Shown here piece after piece: positions 1 to 9,773 of a DNA stretch of 64,000 nucleotides. Origin of the DNA: Candidatus Palauibacter sp. (lineage in GTDB: Bacteria; Gemmatimonadota; Gemmatimonadetes; Palauibacterales; Palauibacteraceae); NCBI RefSeq assembly GCF_965213655.1, contig NZ_CBDBZT010000003.1, positions 3,275,829-3,339,828 of the forward strand. Reading direction: 5' to 3'. The translations under genes and the position numbers were made by a program. Numbering within the stretch: position 1 is the first letter of the stretch; each line of letters begins with the position of its first letter. The notes beneath the pieces are model-generated. The model searched no databases, was not told the origin of the DNA, and saw only the letters and a program-made list of their open reading frames with translations.

Positions 1-150
1 CGCATCGTCAGGATCGCCGCGTGGGATGCGTCAACCCGTCGGCGGCTCCGGGAGGTTGTCTTGTCGCTCCAACCGCCGCAGCCGCTTCACCACCACCGAT
101 GACCCGTGGGCCCTGCTCCGTGACGCGCTCATCGACACGGGGCCGGGAGT

Positions 151-1407
151 CTACCGGACATCTTGCGGCAATCGCCTCACGGTGATGACCGGGACATCAA
201 ACTCGTCCGTGCCGAGGAAAGCTGCCAGACCGTCGGGACCAAAGGCGTCCGGCATTTCGCGCCTCCCGGCGGGGAAGGTTCCGACGTAGCGCCCGTCCGG
301 TGCGAGCACGTCGATGGGACCCGGATCGCTTGCACCCGGCTCCGTGCTCCGCTCGATCCACAGGCTTCCGTCCCACGTGACGCGCACGGCGGCTATCACA
401 GGCACGTCGGCGTGGAACTGCATGTTATCAAGAGCCTCCCGCCGTGTAGACTGAATGCGGCTGATCATCTCCGAGACCTGCGGCGGCGGATCGCCACCGC
501 TCAGGGAGGTAAACGTCCGCTTGCTCTCCCTTTCGAGCCGCCGTTGCCGCTCCGCCCGCTTCAACTCCTCCGTCGCCGGCAGCGGTCGTATTGGTCGGCG
601 TAGGATGCGCGAGACCGCCCCGGAGGCATCGGTGAGCTTGACTGCGTAAGCAGTAGAATCGGAAAACGCGATCCCGCCCGTTGGCAGCGCGTCGAACAGC
701 ACCTCCGGTTCAAATCCCCATTCCGCGTCGGCGAGCGCGGCGAGCACAGTCTCGAAACCCGCACCGTCCGGGAACTCGGTCGTAGCTCGTGGAGCCCAAG
801 CTTCGAACAGCAACCGGTCCTCGACCTCCTCCGAGGACATGTCAATACGGAGGATCGAGCGTTCGTCCCGGCCCAACACCGTCCGAGACCCCGTCCGCTC
901 CGATCGAAGACCCGCACGGATTCCGAAGCCGAATCCTGGACCCGACTCCCGCACCGTGCGTTCGTACCCGCCACCGGGACTGAAGATGTGGTATCCTCTC
1001 ATCATGTCGCCAACCAACGCTCCTCCGTCCTCCCATACGACCAGCTGCGACGCCGTCTGAAACTCGCCCGGACCCTGGCCCGCGCGCCCGAAGTCTCCGA
1101 CATGGCGTCCGGAAGCATCCACGACAACGACCCGCCCTCCGCCCCCCGCGCCCGCCCCGTCCAGCAAGTACAGGTTCCCCACACCGTCGAAGCCGACGCC
1201 TTGGATGGAGGAGAATTCCTCCCATCGGGCCACCGCGTCCGCAGAGCCGACGCGGTACACCGACTCGAACTCCGCCGGGAGCGGAATATCCTCGGCAGGC
1301 AGATCGACAACCTCTTGGGCACGGATGCCTGTAGCTCCCAAAACGGCGACGAGCGCTCCGACCGTTGCCATTCCACCGATAACCAATGGTCCGAGTCTCC
1401 GATGCAT
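151..1407 (-). CDS. Secreted 6-bladed beta-propeller (NHL-like) protein
   Basis: Signal peptide ending IRA-Q; motifs '[11 protein letters not shown]' and C-terminal '[12 protein letters not shown]...[13 protein letters not shown]'. Start set at ATG 1407. Confidence 0.75.
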   Translation of the reverse strand: MHRRLGPLVIGGMATVGALVAVLGATGIRAQEVVDLPAEDIPLPAEFESVYRVGSADAVARWEEFSSIQGVGFDGVGNLYLLDGAGAGGGGRVVVVDASGRHVGDFGRAGQGPGEFQTASQLVVWEDGGALVGDMMRGYHIFSPGGGYERTVRESGPGFGFGIRAGLRSERTGSRTVLGRDERSILRIDMSSEEVEDRLLFEAWAPRATTEFPDGAGFETVLAALADAEWGFEPEVLFDALPTGGIAFSDSTAYAVKLTDASGAVSRILRRPIRPLPATEELKRAERQRRLERESKRTFTSLSGGDPPPQVSEMISRIQSTRREALDNMQFHADVPVIAAVRVTWDGSLWIERSTEPGASDPGPIDVLAPDGRYVGTFPAGRREMPDAFGPDGLAAFLGTDEFDVPVITVRRLPQDVR

Positions 1408-1540
1408 CTTGGCCACGCCTCCACATGGATCAGGTCCCGTCAAGCCCTACAGGGGCCACTGACTATGAAAGTCGTAGATGCATGGGCGCAAGCGATCCCG
1501 GCGGCCCGAATCCGGGGAGGGTGACCGTGCGCGGGGCGTC

Positions 1541-1660
1541 GGGGGTTCCAAGGGGGCCGAGCACCCCCTTGGCCAGAGCCGCGATGTTCAACGTCGCGTC
1601 GGCTGGCTTGCTTGCTTGCTTGCTTGACTACCTAACGGTGTTCGAGCCGGCGGGAACGCC
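1541..1660 (+). other. Conserved noncoding oriT-like motif (copy 1) with a (GCTT)n expansion
   Basis: GGGGGTTCCAAGGGGG..CACCCCC, then CCAG, hairpin GCGATGTT-C-AACGTCGC, then GCTGGCT; homologous to 18053-18108 plus 19449-19490. Confidence 0.5.
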
Positions 1661-1699
1661 GTCCCAAGGCCTACAACGCAGCGGCCTCGAAGGGCTTTG

Positions 1700-1990
1700 T
1701 CAGTTCCGGATGCGCCGCAACGTTGGTCCACTCGAATGCTGAGGCAACTCGAAGGCTCGAATGCCGACTCAACACGCGGCGAGACCTCGACCGGTTCGCC
1801 AGTTCTCGGATTGCCGCACGTTCCCCTGCGGTGTCGCACCTTGAAGGTGCCCGAAACCCCAGGTCCCGATGTGGTCGCCACACCAGCGTTTCGCTCACGG
1901 CGTCGAGGATATGTGACGCAGCAAGTCTCCAACGAGACTTGGTCGGCCTAACGGGGCCTCGCGCTTGGACCGGCGGGTGACCGCTATCGG
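1700..1990 (-). pseudogene. Frameshifted HU/IHF DNA-binding protein remnant
   Basis: 'ILDAVSETLV' in one frame and 'GTFKVRHRR..GNPRTGEPVEVSPR..FEPS' (HU/IHF arm signature) in another. Boundaries approximate. Confidence 0.7.
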
Positions 1991-2373
1991 CGCGGAAAGA
2001 GTGGTTTTGGGGTGATCCACGGCAACCCAGTACCAACTGTCAATGGCGGCCGAAAATGTGACACACCCGGCCGGAGTTGACGAGCCTCGGGGGGTGTATC
2101 GGCCCCATCTTGCGGCGTACGCGGTCGCATCTCGGGATTGACGTGAGTCAACGGCAATTCAGAGCGTTTTGAATTGGTCGGCAGGGCGCAAACGCTAACG
2201 AAACTTGTCCCTCGTCGCCGGAGGCGATGGCAAGACCGTCTTGACGGCGGGTTCGGTATGGTCGAATCTGGCTTCGGAAGTGAACTGCTCGGGTCTAGCG
2301 AGATGCCGACTCGCGATCGTTACGAGAGAGGCTTCTTCACCGTCGACTGTGGGCCAAGGAATTGGAGGGGAAC

Positions 2374-2694
2374 GTGGGAAAGTACATGTTGCGGACAAGC
2401 TACACGCCGTCCGGCTTGAAAGGTCTGATTGCCGAGGGAGGCACTGGGAGGCGTGAGGCCTTGCGCCAAACCGTGGAGAGCATCGGTGGCACGCTGGAGG
2501 GGTTTTACTACGCTCTCGGCGACGACGACCTCTACTTGATCGCCGACCTTCCGGACGAGACAGCAGCCCTGTCATTATCGCTGAACATCGCGGCAGCCGG
2601 GGCCCTTACGGTCGCCGTGACTGTTCTGGTCGACCCGGAGACCGTTGACGAGGCGGTCGCGCGGGGCGTCGCGTATCGCCCACCGGGAGCTTGA
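2374..2694 (+). CDS. GYD domain-containing protein
   Basis: 'SYTPSGLKGL..GG.GRREA....ESIGG.LE.FYYA.G..D' pattern; GGAGG precedes GTG 2374. Confidence 0.85.
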   Translation: MGKYMLRTSYTPSGLKGLIAEGGTGRREALRQTVESIGGTLEGFYYALGDDDLYLIADLPDETAALSLSLNIAAAGALTVAVTVLVDPETVDEAVARGVAYRPPGA

Positions 2695-2975
2695 TGGGCT
2701 CATCCCCTCTTCTGGGGGTCTGGGCAGACCATATTTTGACTCAGTGAGGGTCCGGCTTCCGGGGCTGATCCAGGTTCCGGAAATGTGTGGAAAGAGCGTT
2801 GTGATCGAAGATTCGGCATCGAGGTTCCGTTGTAGCTGAGATAGGTTTCGCCGCGACCTGTGCGACTTGCATCCGCGACCGGGTTACCGGGTGATGGGTC
2901 ATTTTGGAGTAGCTCTTGGGTTGCCTTGGTCGGGGCGTAGGCGGCCCTTTTCGCGTTATTTCGCTTCGGTGCCCG

Positions 2976-4274
2976 TCAGGACCGGTCGGGGACGGGGATG
3001 CCGTAGCGCTCCAGGGTCTGCCGCACCGTCGGGCGGCCGAGGCGGACGCGGTCATCGTCGAGCAGGTAGGAGAACAGGTAGCCCGCGCCCAGCATCAGGA
3101 TCCCGATCAGGAAACAGTACATGACCGCCCGGTCGGGGTAGCTGTCCTTCAGGTATCCGACGTACAGCGGGCCGCAGATGCCGGCTGCCGCCCACGCAGT
3201 CAGGATCGCGCCGTAGACCTTCGACATGTTCCTGGGACCGTACACCTCGAGGATGAACGACGGCATGGTCGCGAACCCGCCGCCGAAGCAGAGCAGCACG
3301 TAGCACACGAGCGCCGAGAACACCCACGGGTTGGACTCGGTCATCAGGACGCCGAACACGACCATCTGGCTCGCGAGCAGCATCCGGAACACCGCCACGC
3401 GCCCCACGCGGTCGGAGAGCCACGCCCACAGGATCCGTCCCAGCCCGTTGCACACGGAACTTGCCGCGATGAGCGTCGCTCCGTACTCCGCAAGCACCGC
3501 TGGTTCGACGCTCGGATCGGCCAGCCCCCACACCTCCTGGAGGAGTTCGGACTGGAAGCTGATGACCGAGATGCCCGCGGCGATGTTGAAGAAGAAGACG
3601 ATCCAGATGATGACGAACTGGCTGGATTTCAGGTACGGGGCCACCTGTGCGGGCTGCTTCCACGGCGCGACCTGGGCGGCGGGGGGGTCGTCGATGACCA
3701 GGCTGCTCGGGATCAGGATGCAGGCGAAGACGATCCCCAGCCACAGGAAGGTCTGCGCAAGGTCCCCCTCCGTCTGCACGACGAGCAGGGGCGCGAGACC
3801 CTTGCTCAGGAGGAGCGCGCCGATGCCGAAGCCCATCACGACGATGCCCGTGACCAGTCCCTTCCGGTCCGGGAACCACTTCGCGGCCGTGGTGACGGGC
3901 GTCACGTACCCCAGTCCGATGCCCATCCCGCCGATGAACCCGTAGCCGAGGTAGAAGAGCAGGATCGAATCCAGCCGCAACGCGACGCTCGCCACGACGT
4001 AGCCACCGGCGAACAGGGTGCTTCCGATGAGGGCGAGACGCCGGGGCCCCACCTTGGGCAGCAGCTGGCCGGCCCAGGCCGCGGCCGTTCCGAGGGAGAA
4101 GATCGCGATGCAGAAGGCCAGCGATCCCTCGGTGAACGTCCAGCCGGCCTGCCGGACAAGAATCGTCTGAAAGAAACTCCAGGCGTACACCGTGCCGAAG
4201 CAGACCTGCAGGACGGTGCAGAAGAAGGCGATCGCGACTCGGGGCGCCTTCCAGCCCTCTGTGGATGAGGCCAC
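2976..4274 (-). CDS. MFS transporter, OFA (oxalate/formate antiporter) family
   Basis: About 12 TM helices; 'GTVYAWS', 'KWFPDRKGLVTG..VMGFG.G', 'NGLGRI.W..LSDRVGR'. Confidence 0.9.
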   Translation of the reverse strand: MASSTEGWKAPRVAIAFFCTVLQVCFGTVYAWSFFQTILVRQAGWTFTEGSLAFCIAIFSLGTAAAWAGQLLPKVGPRRLALIGSTLFAGGYVVASVALRLDSILLFYLGYGFIGGMGIGLGYVTPVTTAAKWFPDRKGLVTGIVVMGFGIGALLLSKGLAPLLVVQTEGDLAQTFLWLGIVFACILIPSSLVIDDPPAAQVAPWKQPAQVAPYLKSSQFVIIWIVFFFNIAAGISVISFQSELLQEVWGLADPSVEPAVLAEYGATLIAASSVCNGLGRILWAWLSDRVGRVAVFRMLLASQMVVFGVLMTESNPWVFSALVCYVLLCFGGGFATMPSFILEVYGPRNMSKVYGAILTAWAAAGICGPLYVGYLKDSYPDRAVMYCFLIGILMLGAGYLFSYLLDDDRVRLGRPTVRQTLERYGIPVPDRS

Positions 4275-4275
4275 G

Positions 4276-5016
4276 TCAGTCCGCTCCCGGCGCCGTCTCG
4301 CCCTTCACGGCGTGCAGCATGAGGCGGGCCATCTCCCCGATCTCGTCATCGCGCGCCAGCACCTTCGCATCGGTCGCCGCGGCTTCGTCGCGGCGCGCCA
4401 GCGTCACCACGTAGGAGAGCAGATCCTCCAGCGGCGTGACGGCGAGCCTCACGAACCAGATCGAGCCCAGGATGCCGACGATGAGAATGATGCAGATGAG
4501 GTATATCTGCTGCCCGGTGGCCCGCTGGATCTTCAGCCGCACGAGGTCCAGGTCCATCCCCACATGCACCGTGCCGGCCTGGCCAGCCAGGATCGGGCTC
4601 CCGACCTCGACGAAATCGCCCATCCCCGGCAGGCTGCGCTCGATCGGCTCGGTGGCGTGCGGGTCGCCCTCGCGGATCACGTCCGGGACGCCCGGCACGA
4701 ACGTGTGGGTCAGGATCTCGCCGGTGTCGCTCGTGATGTAGATGTACCGGATGCTCTGGATCTCGACGAACTGGTCGATGAGCGACTGCAGCGTCGCGAG
4801 GTTGCGGTTGAGGAGGATGTCGACGCTGGAGTCGGCGATGTTCTTGGCGATGTTCGCGCTGTTGCTCTCGTACTCCTCCGACAGCTGGCTGGAGACCGTG
4901 CGGATCGAAAGGGCGGAGGTGGAGAAGACGATCGCCCCGAAGAGGACGAAAATGCCGAAGCGCGTCCTCCGAAAGAGCTTCTTGATCCGGATCTCGTTTG
5001 ATTCCGGCTGGTTCAC
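4276..5016 (-). CDS. Membrane sensor-like protein (TM, periplasmic domain, TM, HAMP) with no output domain
   Basis: Two hydrophobic segments; 'PLEDL...RDDEIGEMAR' HAMP motif; protein ends about 15 aa later. Confidence 0.75.
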   Translation of the reverse strand: MNQPESNEIRIKKLFRRTRFGIFVLFGAIVFSTSALSIRTVSSQLSEEYESNSANIAKNIADSSVDILLNRNLATLQSLIDQFVEIQSIRYIYITSDTGEILTHTFVPGVPDVIREGDPHATEPIERSLPGMGDFVEVGSPILAGQAGTVHVGMDLDLVRLKIQRATGQQIYLICIILIVGILGSIWFVRLAVTPLEDLLSYVVTLARRDEAAATDAKVLARDDEIGEMARLMLHAVKGETAPGAD

Positions 5017-6458
5017 GAGGCCCCGTCGCTCGTCGCGTTCAGGCCGAACTTGGCTTCCCAGTCGTTGAGGGTGACGAAGCGGCCGTCCTCCACGACGGTG
5101 TGGTAGACGCTCTGGAGGCCCTGTCGTCGATCGGGCCCGAACGAGACCATTTCGCCGATCCCCAGATCATAGTTCCGCACCGAGAACACCGCGTCGTTCA
5201 GCTTGCCGCGCTCCGGTGTGCCGTCAATCCGACGCAGGATTTCCGTCAGCAGCTTCGCATCCAGGTATCCCTCGAGGCTCGTGAAGCTGTACGGGAACGG
5301 GTCGTACGGTTCCACCACCAGCTCTTCCGGCACCTGTGGATCGTAGCGGTCCATCAGGTCCCGGTACTCGGGCACGGACGGAATCGTCGTGTCCTCGTAA
5401 CTGGGCACGACCTGCGAGTTCACGAGCCACGGCGTGTAATGGGCCGGGTCGTCGCGGCTGGCCTCCACGAGAAGGGAGAGCAGGTTCTCGCTCCCCACGA
5501 AGGAGAGGTTCGCGATGGGCACGTGCAGACCCAGATCCATCGCGTCGCGGGCGAAGGCGGCGCAGGCGGCGTACGCGCCCACGCAGATGACCGCATCGGG
5601 CTCGGCCTCCTGCAGGATCTCGACCTGCGGCCGCATGATGCTCGTGAACTGCGTGCCTCGCCTGTAGGTGGCCTCGCCTGCAATCGTCTCCCCGTGCCGT
5701 GCCAGCGCCGCCCTCACGCCGGCCCAGCCGCTGCGCCCGTAGGCGTCGGCCTGGTAAAAGACGGCGATGCGCCGCCGCCCGATGCGGACGAAGTTGTCGA
5801 CGAGACCGGCCGTCTCCTGGCCATAGGAGGCGCGCAGGTTGAACGCGAACTCCCCGTACGGCGCTTCCCGCTGCGGCTGGGCGCCCGTGAACGGAAAGAA
5901 GATGTACATCTGCTGGTCCTGGAACTTCTTCAGCAGCGGCAGGACGCGGGTGACGGTCGGCGTGCCGACGTAGCCGAACAGCAGAAAGACTTCGTCCTCC
6001 AGCATCAGCTTGAGCGTGTTCTCCACGCACGGATCGGGCTGATAACCGTCGTCGTAGAGCTTGAGGGTGATTCGCCGCCCGTTGACGCCGCCCTGTTCGT
6101 TCACTTGGCCGAAGCAGGCCATGGCGCCGCGGTAGAGTTCGGTGCCCAGTCCTCGCGAGGGCCCGGAGAAGGCCGCGGACACGCCAAGGAGGATCTCGTC
6201 GTCAGGCTGCGCGCGGCTCCTTCCGCTCCAGCGCAGGCCGGGAGCGAGCGGTCGGGAGGGGGCGCCGAGAGAGGCGTTGAGCGATGCCGCGAAGGGCGCG
6301 CCGAGCAGACCGGCGAGACCGGCGCGGATCGCGGAGCGGCGCGTCAGGAGCCCGCCGGACGGAGGGCCCTCAGAGTCCGGGGATCGAGAAGAAGACCGCA
6401 CACCACGAACTCCCCCGGTTAGGTCGATTTGATTGAGGCTGTCGCTTACGCCCGACAT
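5013..6458 (-). CDS. Tat-exported periplasmic binding protein (LivJ-like, type I fold)
   Basis: 'TRRSAIRAGL' twin-Arg; 'GVSAAFSGP', 'NEQGGVNGRRI..YDDGYQP', 'GYVGTPT'. Confidence 0.85.
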   Translation of the reverse strand: MSGVSDSLNQIDLTGGVRGVRSSSRSPDSEGPPSGGLLTRRSAIRAGLAGLLGAPFAASLNASLGAPSRPLAPGLRWSGRSRAQPDDEILLGVSAAFSGPSRGLGTELYRGAMACFGQVNEQGGVNGRRITLKLYDDGYQPDPCVENTLKLMLEDEVFLLFGYVGTPTVTRVLPLLKKFQDQQMYIFFPFTGAQPQREAPYGEFAFNLRASYGQETAGLVDNFVRIGRRRIAVFYQADAYGRSGWAGVRAALARHGETIAGEATYRRGTQFTSIMRPQVEILQEAEPDAVICVGAYAACAAFARDAMDLGLHVPIANLSFVGSENLLSLLVEASRDDPAHYTPWLVNSQVVPSYEDTTIPSVPEYRDLMDRYDPQVPEELVVEPYDPFPYSFTSLEGYLDAKLLTEILRRIDGTPERGKLNDAVFSVRNYDLGIGEMVSFGPDRRQGLQSVYHTVVEDGRFVTLNDWEAKFGLNATSDGAS

Positions 6459-6569
6459 GCCTAGACCTCCGTTTCGATCATCGACCGATCCGACCAATAG
6501 TCGAAGTCTATCACAAGCAGACATAGATTCAAAGCACGGCGGCACCGGTCTGCCGAACTTGACCGGCGA

Positions 6570-7625
6570 TCAGAAGAAGGCGAACGCTTGGACTTTCAGG
6601 GACCAGTCGGAATGATCGCCGGACGTGTAGAAATCCACGTTGGTGGAGATCCCGTTCCGGCCCACGAAGTAGACCATCACGCCCGGGGTCACGACCGTAC
6701 CCGTGACCTTGTCGGGATCTTCGGCACCCGAGTCGACCCAGCTAACCCGGACCATCGGCTCGACCGCCGCGAAGTGTGACTCGGGCGCCAAGGGGAAATA
6801 CCAGAAAGCCATGAGCTGAAGGGCCGAGAACTTCGCGTCGTCGTCCAGCTTCCAATTGCGGCCCTGCAGGGCGTTGACCATGAGATGGGGACCGTCGAGC
6901 CAGGTCCCGATCTCCACCTCGGCCCCGTAGGCCGGCACGCCCATCGTCTCGCCATGCGAATCCAGCGTCTCGTCCAGGGCCAAGTAGGCCGACACTCGGC
7001 TGCCGGCGGCCGGGAACACCGAGAAGCGACCGGAGGCGGACTTGCCGCGGTTCACGTCCCTGTAGCCGATTCCCTCACCGTTGGTGAGTGTGAACCGGTA
7101 TCCGAAACGCTCCCCGAAGCGACCCTGCGCGAGGATGCCCGGCTCGTAGTTGTCCAGCCCCAATGCGCCGGTCAGACGACCAAAGGAGCACACGCTGCCC
7201 ACACCGGGGCAGTGATCGACGCCGGTGACCCGAGCGTCGCGCTCGATGATCGGGAGCCAAGCGTTCGGCACGAGCCAGAACTCCGAAATCCCCTTCTTGA
7301 ACTGGCCCAGCTGTACCTGCAGCGCTTCGCTCGCCGTAAGTTCGAGGTAGGCCTCTAGCACCGTCGACCCGTCGATATCGTACTGCGCGCGTGCCGCCAC
7401 CAGATCGTTCAGCCGCCCGTCCATCGTCACCCACGCACGGCGGATGAAGAACGATGAGGGCGTGTCGTCGACGCTCGATGCCTCGAACTGAGCTTGGATC
7501 CTGGCGCCGATGGTGACGCTGGACCCGCCGCGTGCCCCAATTTCCTGTGCGTTCAGGGGCCCGGCGATCACAAGTGCCAGTCCCAAGCCGACTACGGCTG
7601 CCACTCCGCTGAAAGGTATGCTCAT
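6570..7625 (-). CDS. Outer membrane porin, OprO/OprP-like
   Basis: Signal peptide; 'GARIQAQF', 'FFIRRA', 'LEAY', 'GQFK'; terminal Phe. Confidence 0.75.
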   Translation of the reverse strand: MSIPFSGVAAVVGLGLALVIAGPLNAQEIGARGGSSVTIGARIQAQFEASSVDDTPSSFFIRRAWVTMDGRLNDLVAARAQYDIDGSTVLEAYLELTASEALQVQLGQFKKGISEFWLVPNAWLPIIERDARVTGVDHCPGVGSVCSFGRLTGALGLDNYEPGILAQGRFGERFGYRFTLTNGEGIGYRDVNRGKSASGRFSVFPAAGSRVSAYLALDETLDSHGETMGVPAYGAEVEIGTWLDGPHLMVNALQGRNWKLDDDAKFSALQLMAFWYFPLAPESHFAAVEPMVRVSWVDSGAEDPDKVTGTVVTPGVMVYFVGRNGISTNVDFYTSGDHSDWSLKVQAFAFF

Positions 7626-8040
7626 GTGGATCTGCCCTCTCGAAGAAGGTCCCGGGCGGCCCGGTCACGGTCGAAGATAGCTGCCTCTGGCCAGACCGCC
7701 AGCGCCGTTCTCTTGCGCAGTACCAAAGGGGGATCCCGAAGACCGACAGTTTGGAGAGGCGAAGCCCGAACCTCCGAAGCGTGGGGACCACAAGCGCGAG
7801 CCGGTGCCTATCGCAGTCAGCTTCCCAGCCACAGAAAGGGTTGGGCCAGATGGGGACCGAATTGTGCTTCCTTATGCTCCATGTCGAGAGCAGGGTCCAA
7901 CCAGATGTAGACCTCAATCGGGGGACGGAAGAGCCTGCACCTCTGTTCGATTTGAGCGTCGGTCTCGCGACGGGACGCCTTTGATCGTTGCCAAGAACGC
8001 TGTTTCGTACCCCCCTTGTCCGTACCTGTCCGGTTTGCGT

Positions 8041-9234
8041 TCAGGCAGGGTCCGCTCCTGCGGGCCTGGCAAGGTAGCGAGCCCACTGCTCCATCACCTC
8101 CCGCCGCCGCGCGAAAAGGGTTCCTCGGGCGTATGCGGCCTCCACCTTGTCACGTACGACGTGGGCCAAGGCCGCCTCGGCAACCTCCCTGGCCACGCCG
8201 GTGTCGCCGCACCAGACTCTGAACGACGTGCGGAACCCATGGGGCACGGCGGCAACGCCGTTCTCCCTGAGCAGCTTCGAGAGCGTGCTGGCCGAGAGTG
8301 CCCGATTGGTCGGAGAGGGGAAGACCAGTCCATCGCCGCCTGCGTGACGGCGAGCCTCGCAGAGGACCTCGATCGCCCTCGGAGTCAGCGGCACCCTGTG
8401 TGTACGCCCGGACTTCATGCGGTCGCCCGGGACCGTCCAAGTCTCCGTCCCGACGTCCATTTCCTGCCACATGGCGTGGCGGACCTCGCCCGACCGCGCC
8501 GCCGTCAGAACCAGAAACTCGAAGGCGAGCTTGGTCGCCGGCCATGCCCGCGAAGCGCGGATCGCCTCCAGCGCCGCGCCCACCTCCCCGTGGGGAAGTG
8601 CCCGGAAGTGCCGACGGCCCTTCCCGTGCCGGGGGAGGGCCGAACCGATGGCGTCACCGGCCGGGTTGCTCTCCCGGTAGCCTTGGGCCACCGCCCACTT
8701 CATGATCGCGCCGATTCGCTGGCGCACTCTCCGCGCGGTCTCCGGCTTGCTCGACCAGATCGGGAGCAGGATCTCCATCACGTCCGCCGTCGTGATCTCG
8801 TCGACCCCCTTCGCGCCCAGCCGCGGCATCGCGTAGTCGCGAAGACTCGCCCGCCACTGACCCTCGCTTCTCCCGCCGGGACGCCAAGACGCACGGTGGA
8901 TGGCGATCACCGTCTCGGCTGCTTCCTTGAACTTCGGCGAGGCCTCTCTGGCCAGCCTCGGATCCTCGCCGGACCGGGCCGACTTGCGGTACTCGAAAGC
9001 CTTCTGGCGGGCCTCGGCGAGCGTCACATAAGGGTATCCGCCCAAGCCCATATCCACCCGCTTTCCGCCAACGGTGCCGCGCCAGATCCATTGCTTGCTC
9101 CCGGAGGGAAGCACCCGTAGGATGAGGCCGTGCTGGTCCCCGTATTTGTCTGGACCGGTCTTGCCGCTGTGACCGACGTTGCGGACGAACAGGCCGGTGA
9201 GTCCGGTCGCTGGTTTCGGTGTCTTCGAGGTCAT
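8041..9234 (-). CDS. Tyrosine recombinase/integrase, P4-like with arm-binding domain
   Basis: 'YGDQHGLILRV.PSGSKQW' arm domain; catalytic R (TAARSGE), K, HGFR, LAH and Y (AAY) all present. Confidence 0.95.
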   Translation of the reverse strand: MTSKTPKPATGLTGLFVRNVGHSGKTGPDKYGDQHGLILRVLPSGSKQWIWRGTVGGKRVDMGLGGYPYVTLAEARQKAFEYRKSARSGEDPRLAREASPKFKEAAETVIAIHRASWRPGGRSEGQWRASLRDYAMPRLGAKGVDEITTADVMEILLPIWSSKPETARRVRQRIGAIMKWAVAQGYRESNPAGDAIGSALPRHGKGRRHFRALPHGEVGAALEAIRASRAWPATKLAFEFLVLTAARSGEVRHAMWQEMDVGTETWTVPGDRMKSGRTHRVPLTPRAIEVLCEARRHAGGDGLVFPSPTNRALSASTLSKLLRENGVAAVPHGFRTSFRVWCGDTGVAREVAEAALAHVVRDKVEAAYARGTLFARRREVMEQWARYLARPAGADPA

Positions 9235-9466
9235 TGCTCTTGGTTACCGTCTCATCTGTTGTCCCACGGTACGTCCCACAGCGTGTTCAAGAATACCCGG
9301 AACATCACGGGATGTCAAGGGACGGCATGGCGGATGTAACATTTTTGGGGAAAGGGATTTAGGACACGTTACGGGATCAGCATGGACTGCACGGGAATGG
9401 CGGGGAGGCGGACACCCCCTCCGCCTGGAAGTAGGAGAGTGTGGGGCGAAACTCCGGTTGAGGCGT

Positions 9467-9615
9467 GACTCGAAAGAGTCTCGTGGGTTCGAACCGAGCG
9501 ACCGAAGGGAGCGAGCTCGGCGAGCTGCGGAGCGGTGAAGCCAACCGAGCGACCAACGGAAGCGAGCTCGGCGAACCCTGCGAAGCAGGGAGAGCCCATT
9601 CCCACCCCCTCCGCC
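9467..9615 (+). repeat. tRNA-3'-derived repeat with two palindromic cassettes in the T-loop
   Basis: GACTC-GAAA-GAGTC (variable arm-like), TCGTGGGTTCGAA, [cassettes 9494-9544 and 9545-9599], TCCCACCCCCTCCGCC. Confidence 0.75.
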
Positions 9616-9625
9616 TGCAGCAGAA

Positions 9626-9653
9626 CCTCCGGCACACCCGGAGGCGTTTTTTT
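9626..9653 (+). terminator. Intrinsic terminator-like hairpin
   Basis: CCTCCGG-cacac-CCGGAGG followed by CG and T7. Confidence 0.5.
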
Positions 9654-9741
9654 GGACGGGTGGCCGAGCGGACTAAGGCGCACGCCTGGAGAGCGTGTGG
9701 GCAGCAACCCTGCCTCGTGGGTTCGAATCCCACCCCGTCCG
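9654..9741 (+). tRNA. tRNA-Ser(GGA)
   Basis: Acceptor GGACGGG/CCCGTCC; anticodon arm CACGC-CT-GGA-GA-GCGTG; long variable arm; GGGTTCGAATCCC; CCA not encoded. Confidence 0.97.
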
Positions 9742-9773
9742 TCCAGGCAGTTCCACGAGGCAGGGCCGAAACG

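Larger units (their letters stand above)
1..9425. mobile_element. Right part of an integrative island, probably inserted in a class II tRNA gene left of the window
   Basis: Integrase adjacent to the tRNA 3'-like fragment CACCCCCTCCGCC (9413-9425), which recurs at 9603-9615; pseudogene and cargo genes inside. Confidence 0.6.

Noticed and set aside
7700-8040. Small ORFs downstream of integrase 1 (possible excisionase)
   Set aside because: No AlpA/HTH signature could be recognised.
9467-9615. Intron-containing functional tRNA
   Set aside because: No 5' acceptor strand, D-arm or anticodon arm precedes the variable arm; only the 3' half is present.
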